A DNA stretch of 34,647 nt from Vitrella brassicaformis CCMP3155 (GCA_001179505.1 CDMY01000663.1:1-34647); one strand, 5' to 3'. Positions 11,872 to 23,245 are shown, counted from the first letter of the stretch. The notes: generated from the letters alone by a model not told the origin. A program made the numbers and translations.

Positions 11872-12634
11872 GCAGCGTCTCCCAGAGTAGTGAGGACTCT
11901 GGTGCCTTGTCGTTGGCTCGTGTGGCGCGGGCTCCCCTCCCCAGACGACCGAGGTTCTCTTTGCTCTTGTCCATCCACACATACGAATCAACCAGGCCTA
12001 CAGCTGTGTGTCTGTCTGTCTGCGTCAGTTGGTATCAGTCGAACGTACCGCTTAGCGCTGGGGCGTAGGCCTCAAAGCGCTGAACCAGTGACTTCTTCCG
12101 CTGAGTGTACGACGTGGCACCTGATCGACAGACAGAGAGGGAGTCCAACCAACGATGCAGTCCGTGTGTGCGTCGTCTGTCGCTTTGTGCTGTGCTGCAC
12201 TGTCGGGCGGCTCGGCTTCTCACTCTGCACTGCCAGCAGGTATGTGGCCAGGGGGCGCACTCGCAGGATCTTCTGCAGCTCTGATCTGATGAGAGCCAGC
12301 AGCTCTGGTCGATGTTGCAGAAGACCGCGTCCCGCGGCCACTGCAAGCCACGCATACAGCCACAACAGCACATACCACATAGGAGTGCACCATGCCCCGA
12401 GAGACGAGGGATACCCTCCAGGTCGCTCACCCTTTGTGTCCACTGCTCGTCGTACGCTGTCGGCGTGGCAAAGTTGGGGCTGTTCGAGGCCACTGTGAGC
12501 GTCGATGCCCTGCCCTTGGCTGGGGTCGGTGGAGGGTGACGGGGCGATGGCGATGGCGCCGCTGATCGGCATCGGGCCTCTCGGCCTGTGGACGACATGG
12601 TGGGCTGGGGTGCGTACTTTCCTCGGAATCTCAT
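11872..12634 (-). pseudogene. USP-like 5' fragment, copy B (frameshifted Cys-box exon)
   Basis: 12240-12675 is nearly identical to 20100-20535. Exon 1 reads MSSTGREAR...YDEQWTQR. A 5-nt TGATC duplication near 12282 shifts the frame just after CWLSS. Confidence 0.6.
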
Positions 12635-12675
12635 TTTTCGCGAGAGGAGCGGCTGTCTGTTCAAAGCTCCCAACA

Positions 12676-12975
12676 NNNNNNNNNNNNNNNNNNNNNNNNN
12701 NNNNNNNNNNNNNNNNNNNNNNNNNNNNNNNNNNNNNNNNNNNNNNNNNNNNNNNNNNNNNNNNNNNNNNNNNNNNNNNNNNNNNNNNNNNNNNNNNNNN
12801 NNNNNNNNNNNNNNNNNNNNNNNNNNNNNNNNNNNNNNNNNNNNNNNNNNNNNNNNNNNNNNNNNNNNNNNNNNNNNNNNNNNNNNNNNNNNNNNNNNNN
12901 NNNNNNNNNNNNNNNNNNNNNNNNNNNNNNNNNNNNNNNNNNNNNNNNNNNNNNNNNNNNNNNNNNNNNNNNNNN
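12676..12975. other. Assembly gap (300 N); same-size gaps at 15344-15643, 17254-17553, 18621-18920, 22537-22836, 28765-29064 and 32914-33213
   Basis: Each run is exactly 300 N, which indicates a placeholder length rather than a measured one. Confidence 0.97.
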
Positions 12976-15649
12976 ACCCACCCACCCACCCACACGTGTC
13001 GTGTATATTGATTGCAATGCACCCCTCCCCATCCCATCCTCCACCCCCACACCACACCACACACAGATTTAGTGCCCACATCACATCACACACATGTACG
13101 TCTACACATTACACATGAAAGACAGTCCTAGTTCTCCAGCTGCCTTACACACACACACACACACACACTGTATACGAGCCAGCACCGAGAAGGGGAGAGA
13201 GAGAGAGGGAAACAAACCACGCCAGGCAAGAATGCAAGTCGTTTTCTGGCAACGGATGGATGGATGGATGAATGGATGTCGTGGGGGAGTGGTTGTGGTT
13301 GTGATTGTGTGTGTGGTTGTGTGTGTGTGTGGTTGTGGGAAGGTGTGTGGGTGGCTGTGTTGTGATGGCCCTGCAGTGAGTGAACGGGTCGGTCGGGTAA
13401 TCACCCGAGTCAGTCAACCGTTCGCCAACCAATACTGCAGCAAGGCTGCACAGCACACCCACGCGCACACCGGCCAACCAACCAACCAGAAGAAGAGAAA
13501 TGGAACCAACACAGTGCACACCACATGACATGGCCGGGCAGACAGACGGAGCAATGAGCGCAAGCCAACTGCTTTGTTTCCTTGACGTGACGAAGGGAGG
13601 GATCCATTCGTACGAGTGATGCCTGCCTGCCTGCCTGGATGGATGGATGGAGGGATGGAGTGGCTACTGACTGATTGGAAGAGAAGGAAAAGTCTTTCCC
13701 GCACACTGCATACCTACCTGACATGCCCGCCTGCCTACCTGCGTGACGGAGATGACGTGCGTGACGTGATTTTTGCCTACAACTCAACCCAGACGACGGC
13801 GATGTGCGTGTGCGTGTGCGTGTGGGTGTGGGTGTGGGTGTGATGGGTACATGGCTGGATGGATGGATAAATGGATGGATGCATGGATGTGTGGTGTCGT
13901 GTCGTGTCGTGTCGTGTCGTTTTGTATAAGTGAGTATGTGCAGACATACGTGTTGTTTGTGTGTGTACCTTTGCAAATGTGAGTCGATATCCGTGTGACG
14001 TGACGGTCTCGAGGGGCCACTTGTGTTGTGTGCATGTCGATGTCCGTGTTGATGTCCATTCATTCTCATCATCCAGTCCAGCGGGCGAAAGCGGGGAAGG
14101 CCCCTCCCCTCTGCTTGTTTTGACATACCTGTCCAGGCATATGCCTTGCGCGTGTGTGCGTATGTGCGTGTCCCTCGTGCGTCCGTCTGCTGTTTCTTCG
14201 TTTGTACTCATTGAATGCATTCCTGAGTGTGATCGGTCAATCGAATACATGACGGGTCTTCTCGTGTCTTCTCGGGGCGGCTTGTGAGTGAGTGTGTGTG
14301 TCTCCGTGAATGAGTGAGTGGGTGTACAGGGCGTTGGAAAGAGGCGATGCGATGCGATGCGGAATGAGAGAGCAGAGAGAGGAGGCAAGGGTGTGCGTGC
14401 GCCTATTTGCTTTACTTACCTTTCTGGCTGGGCTGGCTGCGTCTCCTGCAGGCAGGCAAGTGTGAATGTCAGTCAGGCTCTTCGGCATGGTGTGGATCAT
14501 CTCATGGACAGCGAGCCAGCCAGCGAGCCAGGGGGTCAGCCGGCCAGCATGCCTGCCTGCCTGCCGTGTACAGTGAAGAGGGCTGCCAGCACATAGGAGC
14601 TTGAGCTGAGTGTGCGTGTAAGTACGCTGGACGAACGTCCGTCTGTGAAAGACACACACGTGTGCATTTCTGTACGCTGCACACGCATGTGTACATCGCA
14701 ATGGATTCGTACGGTCACAAGATGTGCCACGCCCCATGCCCCTCTGTCGCTTCCTCCCGGCGAATGGTTACCCCTCAAGCTTCCTGACAGTACGATGGCA
14801 GTGGAGGCGGCTTTCTTAGGGCTCATGCCGCAACGGAGGAACGCCTTTGGATCGGTTTGGGAATTTGGATATGCAACAAGGGAAAAAGGCGGAGAAACGA
14901 TGGCATTCTGGGTGAAAGGAGATGGAATGGCAGAATCTGTCGGTTGTTTAAGAACTGCACGTTTTCTTCAAGAATCCCCTTCAATACATGTCTCTCAGGC
15001 ACGACCACCAACACACACAGACACATCATGATGCATTGCGTCCTCTCAAACGAACCGAATCAGCTTACATCACAATATAAAATGTAGACACCGATGCACA
15101 CACACACACTCTTGCTGCCCTTTCGAGCCACATGTCGGTTCTGAAGGAGCAATAAGTTCGTTTGGAGATGTCCATCCATCCATCCCACACACACCACACA
15201 CACGGCCAAAAACACAGGGCATCATATCACAACCACAAACAGAGCCCACAGCCACACACACACACACCCCACCCCACACGACACGAGTGGAGGGCTTAAA
15301 ACCCACAGCCAACGCCCCCCCTCCCCTACCCCCTTCCCCTTCCNNNNNNNNNNNNNNNNNNNNNNNNNNNNNNNNNNNNNNNNNNNNNNNNNNNNNNNNN
15401 NNNNNNNNNNNNNNNNNNNNNNNNNNNNNNNNNNNNNNNNNNNNNNNNNNNNNNNNNNNNNNNNNNNNNNNNNNNNNNNNNNNNNNNNNNNNNNNNNNNN
15501 NNNNNNNNNNNNNNNNNNNNNNNNNNNNNNNNNNNNNNNNNNNNNNNNNNNNNNNNNNNNNNNNNNNNNNNNNNNNNNNNNNNNNNNNNNNNNNNNNNNN
15601 NNNNNNNNNNNNNNNNNNNNNNNNNNNNNNNNNNNNNNNNNNNCCTTCC

Positions 15650-16681
15650 CCTCCCCCTCCCTGCCTCCCGCCCTCCCTGACTTCTTGCGCGCAGCGGCCG
15701 CACCAGCTGCACACACAACGACACACACAGCACTGTCTGTGTGCTTGATGCTGCTGTGGGTGTGGGTTTGCGTGTTGCTTACCGTCCAGCAAGTCATACA
15801 CCGCGTTGTCCAGGTGGACCACCCCCCCTCTCCGAGCGCCGGAGTGCTGCTTCGCCCTTGAAGGTGCCGGTGTCCTCCTCGTCGCCTCTCTTGAGCTTCT
15901 TCTTGCCACCGCCGCCCTTGCCGCCCTTCCCGCCACCAGGCTTCTGCTGAGCGACGCCTTCATGAGACGGCTGCAGCTGGTCTCTCTTTCGCTTGGGGCG
16001 GGAAGGCGGCGTGGCCGGCTCAGGTTGCGCAGCGGCGGCGGCGGCAGCAGTCACCACACGAACGCGGCGACGCGGCCTCTCTTTCACAGGGCTCGCAGCG
16101 GCCGTCTCGCCCGCGGCCTTGCTCGGCGCCATCTCAACATCGCCGTCTGCATCAACATCGACATCTCCCTCACCACCAGCAGCAGCACCATCCTTGCGGC
16201 GCCTCTTGCTGCGTCTGGCGCCGCTGCTGTCGTTCTTGTTGACGGAGCTCTCGATGGGCGGGGGCGAGGGTGAGCGCTGGCTGACCTGCCGCTTGCGGGT
16301 GGACCTGCGGGGGCCGCCTCCCTGCCCGAGTGTGCCGCTGGTGTCCTGTGAGTCCTCCAGCTGGGAGGGGGAGGGCGTGTTGTGCCCGGCGGGCGGGGGT
16401 GGACGAGGGGGGAGCACCATCGACGGCACACCGTCGCGCGAGTAGTAGGCCATGTAGGCCTACAGCCAGCCAGCCATGGGATTGAAACACACAGACAGAC
16501 AGACAAGGTGGGAGGATGTTGTGTGTGTGAGTATGTCGGTGGGATGGGTGGGGGTTTGAGTGGGTGCCTTGCCCACCTGCTGTGAGAGGACAAACTCGTC
16601 AGTGAATTCGGCCACGGGCTTGGAGTCGTCATACAAACACCATCGACGGGGCCGGTCGGAGTCATCATCGTCTTGCACGAG
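15650..16681 (-). pseudogene. USP-like 3' fragment (His-box exon lacking the catalytic His, plus a basic low-complexity C-terminus)
   Basis: Reads VQDDDDSDRPRRWCLYDDSKPVAEFTDEFVLSQQ|AYMAYYSR, the USP W..FDD..V.....S..AY.LFY pattern, then a Pro/Arg/Lys-rich tail. The sequence diverges from the intact His-box exon (19288-19128) at 16681, just downstream of GHY. Confidence 0.6.
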
Positions 16682-18532
16682 AGGCTGCATTAGCCTGGGG
16701 CCCTGGGGCTGCGCATGGATAAGGGGCGAGCGGGCCCAACGACCCGCCACATTTTCTTTCGTTCGTCCTCGAGCTGCCAATTTGCATGATGAAATTGCAT
16801 CTGCCGGGACGAAACGGCACCCGAGGGAGGCAGTGGGGAAAGCAATGAGTACGATCCTGTCTCCGCATTCCACTTTCTGTAAATGTCGAGAATCAGAGAC
16901 GGCGAAAACAGATTCTGCCATCAACACAGATTCTGGTTAACCAGCGCTGGAAAAATGAGGTTCCGCAGGGAAGCTGACCGCCCATACGGCATGAAGAAGC
17001 AGCCCCAGGCCACCATGTCGTCCACAGGCCGAAAGGCCCGATGCCGGTCAGCCGCGCCATCGCCGTCGCTCCGTCACCCTCCACCGACCCCAGCCAAGGG
17101 CAGGGCATCGACGCTCACAGTGGCCTCGAACAGCCCCAACTTTGCCACGCCGACAGCGTACGACGAGCAGTGGACACAAAGGGTGAGCGACCTGGAGGGT
17201 ATCCCTCGTCTCTCGGGGCATTGTGCACTCCTATATGGTATGTGCTGTTGTGGNNNNNNNNNNNNNNNNNNNNNNNNNNNNNNNNNNNNNNNNNNNNNNN
17301 NNNNNNNNNNNNNNNNNNNNNNNNNNNNNNNNNNNNNNNNNNNNNNNNNNNNNNNNNNNNNNNNNNNNNNNNNNNNNNNNNNNNNNNNNNNNNNNNNNNN
17401 NNNNNNNNNNNNNNNNNNNNNNNNNNNNNNNNNNNNNNNNNNNNNNNNNNNNNNNNNNNNNNNNNNNNNNNNNNNNNNNNNNNNNNNNNNNNNNNNNNNN
17501 NNNNNNNNNNNNNNNNNNNNNNNNNNNNNNNNNNNNNNNNNNNNNNNNNNNNNCGCTGGCTGACCTGCCGCTTGCGGGTGGACCTGCGGGGGCCGCCTCC
17601 CTGCCCGAGTGTGCCGCTGGTGTCCTGTGAGTCCTCCAGCTGGGAGGGGGAGGGCATGTTGTGCCCGGCGGGCGGGGGTGGACGAGGGGGGAGCACCATC
17701 GACGGCACACCGTCGCGCGAGTAGTAAGCCATGTAGGCCTACAGCCAGCCAGCCATGGGATTGAAACACACAGACAGACAGACAAGGTGGGAGGATGTTG
17801 TGTGTGTGAGTATGTCGGTGGGATGGGTGGGGGTTTGAGTGGGTGCCTTGCCCACCTGCTGTGAGAGGACAAACTCGTCAGTGAATTCGGCCACGGGCTT
17901 GGAGTCGTCATACAAACACCATCGACGGGGCCGGTCGGAGTCATCATCGTCTTGCACGAGAGGCTGCATTAGCCTGGGGCCCTGGGGCTGCGCATGGATA
18001 AGGGGCGAGCGGGCCCAACGACCCGCCACATTTTCTTTCGTTCGTCCTCGAGCTGCCAATTTGCATGATGAAATTGCATCTGCCGGGACGAAACGGCACC
18101 CGAGGGAGGCAGTGGGGAAAGCAATGAGTACGATCCTGTCTCCGCATTCCACTTTCTGTAAATGTCGAGAATCAGAGACGGCGAAAACAGATTCTGCCAT
18201 CAACACAGATTCTGGTTAACCAGCGCTGGAAAAATGAGGTTCCGCAGGGAAGCTGACCGCCCATACGGCATGAAGAAGCAGCCCCAGGCCACCATGTCGT
18301 CCACAGGCCGAAAGGCCCGATGCCGGTCAGCCGCGCCATCGCCGTCGCTCCGTCACCCTCCACCGACCCCAGCCAAGGGCAGGGCATCGACGCTCACAGT
18401 GGCCTCGAACAGCCCCAACTTTGCCACGCCGACAGCGTACGACGAGCAGTGGACACAAAGGGTGAGCGACCTGGAGGGTATCCCTCGTCTCTCGGGGCAT
18501 TGTGCACTCCTATATGGTATGTGCTGTTGTGG
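16275..18532. repeat. Near-identical direct repeat: 16275-17253 versus 17554-18532 (offset 1279), with a third partial copy at 18921-19232
   Basis: Identical ORFs recur at offset 1279 (16460..16927 and 17739..18206). I saw only isolated substitutions, e.g. gggcGtgtt vs gggcAtgtt and gtagtaGgc vs gtagtaAgc. Confidence 0.9.
16955..17253 (+). pseudogene. Inverted USP-like exon 1 copy running into a gap
   Basis: MSSTGRKARCRSAAPSP...YDEQWTQR|gtgag is the reverse-complement homologue of about 20457-20225. Confidence 0.6.
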
Positions 18533-18620
18533 CTGTATGCGTGGCTTGCAGTGGCCGCGGGACGCGGTCTTCTGCAACATTGACCAGAGCTGCTGGCTCT
18601 CATCAGATCAGTGCTGCAGA
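18234..18620 (+). pseudogene. Second inverted USP-like 5' copy (exon 1 and start of frameshifted exon 2)
   Basis: Same as 16955-17253 but extends to WPRDAVFCNIDQSCWLSS followed by the TCAGA duplication (about 18601-18610). Forms an inverted repeat with about 20140-20470. Confidence 0.6.
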
Positions 18621-18920
18621 NNNNNNNNNNNNNNNNNNNNNNNNNNNNNNNNNNNNNNNNNNNNNNNNNNNNNNNNNNNNNNNNNNNNNNNNNNNNNNNN
18701 NNNNNNNNNNNNNNNNNNNNNNNNNNNNNNNNNNNNNNNNNNNNNNNNNNNNNNNNNNNNNNNNNNNNNNNNNNNNNNNNNNNNNNNNNNNNNNNNNNNN
18801 NNNNNNNNNNNNNNNNNNNNNNNNNNNNNNNNNNNNNNNNNNNNNNNNNNNNNNNNNNNNNNNNNNNNNNNNNNNNNNNNNNNNNNNNNNNNNNNNNNNN
18901 NNNNNNNNNNNNNNNNNNNN

Positions 18921-20493
18921 GGAGGGCATGTTGTGCCCGGCGGGCGGGGGTGGACGAGGGGGGAGCACCATCGACGGCACACCGTCGCGCGAGTAGTAAG
19001 CCATGTAGGCCTACAGCCAGCCAGCCATGGGATTGAAACACACAGACAGACAGACAAGGTGGGAGGATGTTGTGTGTGTGAGTATGTCGGTGGGATGGGT
19101 GGGGGTTTGAGTGGGTGCCTTGCCCACCTGCTGTGAGAGGACAAACTCGTCAGTGAATTCGGCCACGGGCTTGGAGTCGTCATACAAACACCATCGACGG
19201 GGCCGGTCGGAGTCATCATCGTCTTGCACGAGGGCGTACGTGATATAGTGACCCCTTACAGCACTCGAACCGCTGTGCACCACAACGGCTAGCAACCACA
19301 GACACAAACAGAGGGAGAGAGTCACACACACGTGCGCATGGCTGCCTCCCCCCAGTCAGCTCACTCACCGGTCAGTTTGTGTTTGCCCCGATCGCCGTCC
19401 GATGACGATGCAGCCGCCGAGCCGTTGTTGGCGGCGTAGGCGTCGAGGTTCAACTCCAACCGCAGCTGCACGTGGGTCTTCACCTGCAGAGACACAGAAA
19501 CAGGCCAACGGACGGATGGATGAATGGGATGGAGGGGTGTGGGTCGTCCCTCTCTCTCTCTCTCTCTCCATCCACTTCCGGCATTGTGCCCTCCGATATG
19601 GTGCTTTACGGAAGATGTCGAGAAGGCGCGGCAGCTTGGCGGTGATGCAGTACAAAGCTGGTGGGGTATAAGGCCGAGTCGCATCTCAGCAGCCCATTTG
19701 CAAGAAGGCCGGATCTCCCACCAAAGGCCATGGTGTGTGTGTACGTGATATAGGTACGAGTAGTGCACCGGCTCGTGTGTTGCGGCCTCCCCTCCCCAGC
19801 CGACCGAGGTTCTCGGTGGCCTTGTCTGCACACACACACGAATCAACCAGGCAGAGCAGTGAGCGGTGGTGGACTTCTCCTGCCTCCTGCTGTCTGTCTG
19901 TCTGTGTTGGTATCACCGCTCAGCGCGGCAAAAGTTTAGCCCATTCCGCCCACCTTCTCCTTCCGCATGGTGTACGACGCCCCACCTGATCGACAGACAG
20001 AGAGGGAGTCCAACCAGCGGTGCAGTCCGTGTGTGCGTCTTCTGTCGCCCTGTGCTGTGCTGCACTGTCGGGCGGCTCGGCTTCTCACTCTGCAGCAGGT
20101 ATGTGGCCAGGGGGCGCACTCGCAGGATCTTCTGCAGCACTGATCTGATGAGAGCCAGCAGCTCTGGTCAATGTTGCAGAAGACCGCGTCCCGCGGCCAC
20201 TGCAAGCCACGCATACAGCCACAACAGCACATACCATATAGGAGTGCACAATGCCCCGAGAGACGAGGGATACCCTCCAGGTCGCTCACCCTTTGTGTCC
20301 ACTGCTCGTCGTACGCTGTCGGCGTGGCAAAGTTGGGGCTGTTCGAGGCCACTGTGAGCGTCGATGCCCTGCCCTTGGCTGGGGTCGGTGGAGGGTGACG
20401 GGGCGATGGCGATGGCGCCGCTGATCGGCATCGGGCCTCTCGGCCTGTGGACGACATGGTGGGCTGGGGTGCGTACTTTCCTCGGAATCTCAT
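18921..20493 (-). pseudogene. Most complete USP (peptidase C19)-like gene, copy C; frameshifted in the Cys-box exon, 3' end in a gap
   Basis: Exons in order: MSSTGREAR..EQWTQR | WPRDAVFCNIDQSCWLSS(+5 nt) ... | ...ITAKLPRLLDIFRK... | VKTHVQLRLELNLDAY..KLT | AVVVHSGSSAVRGHYITYAL..RWCLYDD..SQQ | AYMAYYSR. The Cys box, LP..L motif, His box (GHY at about 19245-19253) and DD motif occur in canonical order. Confidence 0.7.
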
Positions 20494-20685
20494 TTTTCGC
20501 GAGAGGAGCGGCTGTCTGTTCAAAGCTCCCAACAACAGATGCACTTCATTCTCACGGGCGCCATTCTGAGGAATGAAAGTTCGCCGTTTCAATTTACGGT
20601 TGCGAGCTCCCATTTCAAGCTCGCATTTCAAAAACACGAAAACGCTCTCTCGTCCAAAAGAAGGGCTTGCGGTTCGGTCAACGAG
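20494..20685. promoter_or_regulatory. Bidirectional promoter between USP copy C (-) and the beta-barrel gene (+), with an inverted repeat
   Basis: TGCGAGCT (20601-20608), 9-nt spacer, AGCTCGCA (20618-20625), followed by TTTCAAAA. Confidence 0.45.
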
Positions 20686-22093
20686 ATGAGGAGGATGCCG
20701 CAGAGGGCATTGATCTTCGTGGGTGCGTGCCTCTTGAGCATCTCACAACCATCATGGGCAGCTGTGGAGCTCTGGGTGGGGCGAGAGAAGCAAACGCCAC
20801 ACGGCACTGACGCCAACTTCACAAGATCAGCGATCTGCTGAATTCATTCATCGTGTGATCTGATTGTTGCTTGTCTGTCAGGCGGAGTCGAGCCGGATGC
20901 CCATGAGGTCGGTCCAGAGCGGCGGGGAGGTCAGCACCCTTCTCAGTGGGGCCCTCAAGGTGAGCAAATGACAACCAGGGAGGGGTGACGGAATGAGTGG
21001 GACGTGTGTGATGTGTGTGCCAGTTTTCGCGCAAGGTGTACAACGCGACCAACTTCACCACCGATGCGTATGCGACGTTCAACCCGGGCGTGCTGCTCAA
21101 GGGCCCTTCCACACCTCAGGAGCTCCTCAACCTCTGCGACTCGCTCGTCCTCGAGGGGAAGGTCGGTGCAGTGCCATGACGGGGGGCGTGAGGCTGTCAC
21201 ATCTGTGCTTGTTTGTGTGTGTGTGCAGAGGGACGTTGGCAAGGGTCGTGTGACGGCCAACCTGAAGCTCACGGTGCCGACGAGGAAGCTCGACCTCATC
21301 GCACGAGGTAGGTGCTTGAGAAGGGCCAGAACTCACTCACCCCATCCATGGTATGTTTGCTGTCCGATCTTTCAGCTGAGAACCAGAAGGGCAAGAAGCT
21401 GACAGTCAAGATGGACAGCAAGTCGCCCAGGAAGATCAACTCGGTGGAGCTTTACAGCCCACTCACCATCAACGAAAAGAAATACGGACTCACCGTCGCT
21501 GAAAAGCTCGGAAACCGTAAGCAGGCACTTCAATCAAGCCCATCTATCTGTTTATCTGCTTTCTGTGTGTGTCTGCGGTTGGGCAGTGGACACCGAGGTG
21601 CGTCTGGAGGGTCCATTGAGGAACAACACGCGAGGCCTGCTGTCGGTGATTCTGAAGGCGGGCAAGGGCAAGCCCAAGAAGGGCTGGTTCGGCCACGAGG
21701 AGCTCTCCAACTTCGACCGGGTCGACGCCAGCATGAAGGTCGCGTTCACCGTCAACGAAGGCCGCGACACACTCACACCCACGCTGTTCTTGAAAAAGAG
21801 GTACGTACGTCAGCATCGACCGAACGAACTTGACACAACAATCAATCGCCCATCTCCCTCCCTCCCTCCCTCCCTCCCTCCCTCTGTGTGTGTGTATGTG
21901 TGTCAGGCCGAGTTATGAGTGGAAGAGAAAGCTTGACAACGGCGAGGTCAAGACGACGCTCAAGGACGGCCTCCTGGGTGTCGATTTCGCCGACGCGGCC
22001 AAGAGCGGCGGCAAGTGGCACGCGCGGTTCAAAATGCCACTGCAGAACGCAAGAGCATCCACCGTCGAATTTCGGAGAGAAATCACATTCTGA
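20686..22093 (+). CDS. Hypothetical beta-barrel (OEP24/porin-like) protein with a probable N-terminal signal peptide; exons 20686-20775 (tentative), 20882-20959, 21024-21161, 21229-21307, 21376-21516, 21587-21800, 21907-22093
   Basis: Seven exons splice in phase at GT-AG sites. The product is rich in alternating hydrophobic/polar segments (GRVTANLKLTV, KYGLTVAEK, ASMKVAFTV, KWHARFKMP, STVEFRREITF-stop). Tentative exon 1 reads MRRMPQRALIFVGACLLSISQPSWAAVELW. The gene model is more secure than the functional call. Confidence 0.6.
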
Positions 22094-23245
22094 TGGATGC
22101 TGTTGTGAGATGAATGAGATCCACTGGCTGGCTGGCTGGATGAGAAGAGAGACTGGCTTGGCTTGCTTGTGGTCTGCGAATGAAGCTATGTCTTATGGAT
22201 GGTTGATTCGTTGATATCCGGCTTGGTCAATTCGTTCGGCGGTTTTCAAGCATATGACGGTACGTATTGAGATCTCGCTGACTGGGTGTGGCTGGTTGGT
22301 TGGCTGTCTGGCTGGTTGGTTGGTTGGCTGGGGATACGTGTGGTACGTTCATCTCATCCATCTATCCATACCTCTATCTACCTGTTTGTGTGTGTATGTG
22401 TATGTGTGTGTGGTGGGTTGTGCGAGCGGGTGGGAGGGTGCCATTCATTGTGATATTGATTGAGGCGAGATGAGAGCTCTCTCTTGTGATTTGTACAGAT
22501 CAGATCGATGAAGAATAGTTTGCTTGCTCCCTCCCTNNNNNNNNNNNNNNNNNNNNNNNNNNNNNNNNNNNNNNNNNNNNNNNNNNNNNNNNNNNNNNNN
22601 NNNNNNNNNNNNNNNNNNNNNNNNNNNNNNNNNNNNNNNNNNNNNNNNNNNNNNNNNNNNNNNNNNNNNNNNNNNNNNNNNNNNNNNNNNNNNNNNNNNN
22701 NNNNNNNNNNNNNNNNNNNNNNNNNNNNNNNNNNNNNNNNNNNNNNNNNNNNNNNNNNNNNNNNNNNNNNNNNNNNNNNNNNNNNNNNNNNNNNNNNNNN
22801 NNNNNNNNNNNNNNNNNNNNNNNNNNNNNNNNNNNNCCTCCCTCCCCCTCCCCCTCCCTCCGTCCGCTCTATCCATGTGTGTATGGACGCTGACACCAAG
22901 CTGTTATCGCGAATGTCAAATGTCAGGTGCCCCCCTCTCCCTCCCCTCCATCTCCCACAACACAACACAGTGATGGAATGCACACACACACACGCAATGC
23001 AGACCAAACCATGACGCGCTCATGACCAGTGAGACAGCCGCGCGCCGCCGAAAGCAGCCATAGCTATCAATCGCCTACGATAAAGCCTACCAAGAGCCCA
23101 GTCCAGCGATGAGCACACGCACACGCACACACATCCACAGCCACACCCTACAAAACAGCATCATCTCTCCCGAGCCGCCCTACAATAAACTAGCCTTCCT
23201 ACACGTGAAGCCACCGACACATCTCATCTTTCGTCAAGACGTCAG

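Noticed and set aside
12035-13093. Long ORFs containing X-runs
   Set aside because: Artefacts of translating through 300-N gaps.
12976-14740. Hidden genes in the 13-14.7 kb spacer
   Set aside because: Dominated by (CA)n, (GGAT)n, (GTGTC)n and (GCCT)n microsatellites; the ORFs are low-complexity translations of these repeats.
14745-15000. Non-repetitive island sharing the 14-mer ACAGATTCTGCCAT (14927-14940 reverse) with 16908-16921
   Set aside because: Homology does not extend beyond the 14-mer, and several such matches are expected by chance in a 35-kb self-comparison. No convincing ORF or splice model.
11330-20540. The repeated unit as a transposable element
   Set aside because: No transposase or RT, terminal inverted repeats or target-site duplications were seen. 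The unit has spliceosomal exon/intron structure and USP motifs.
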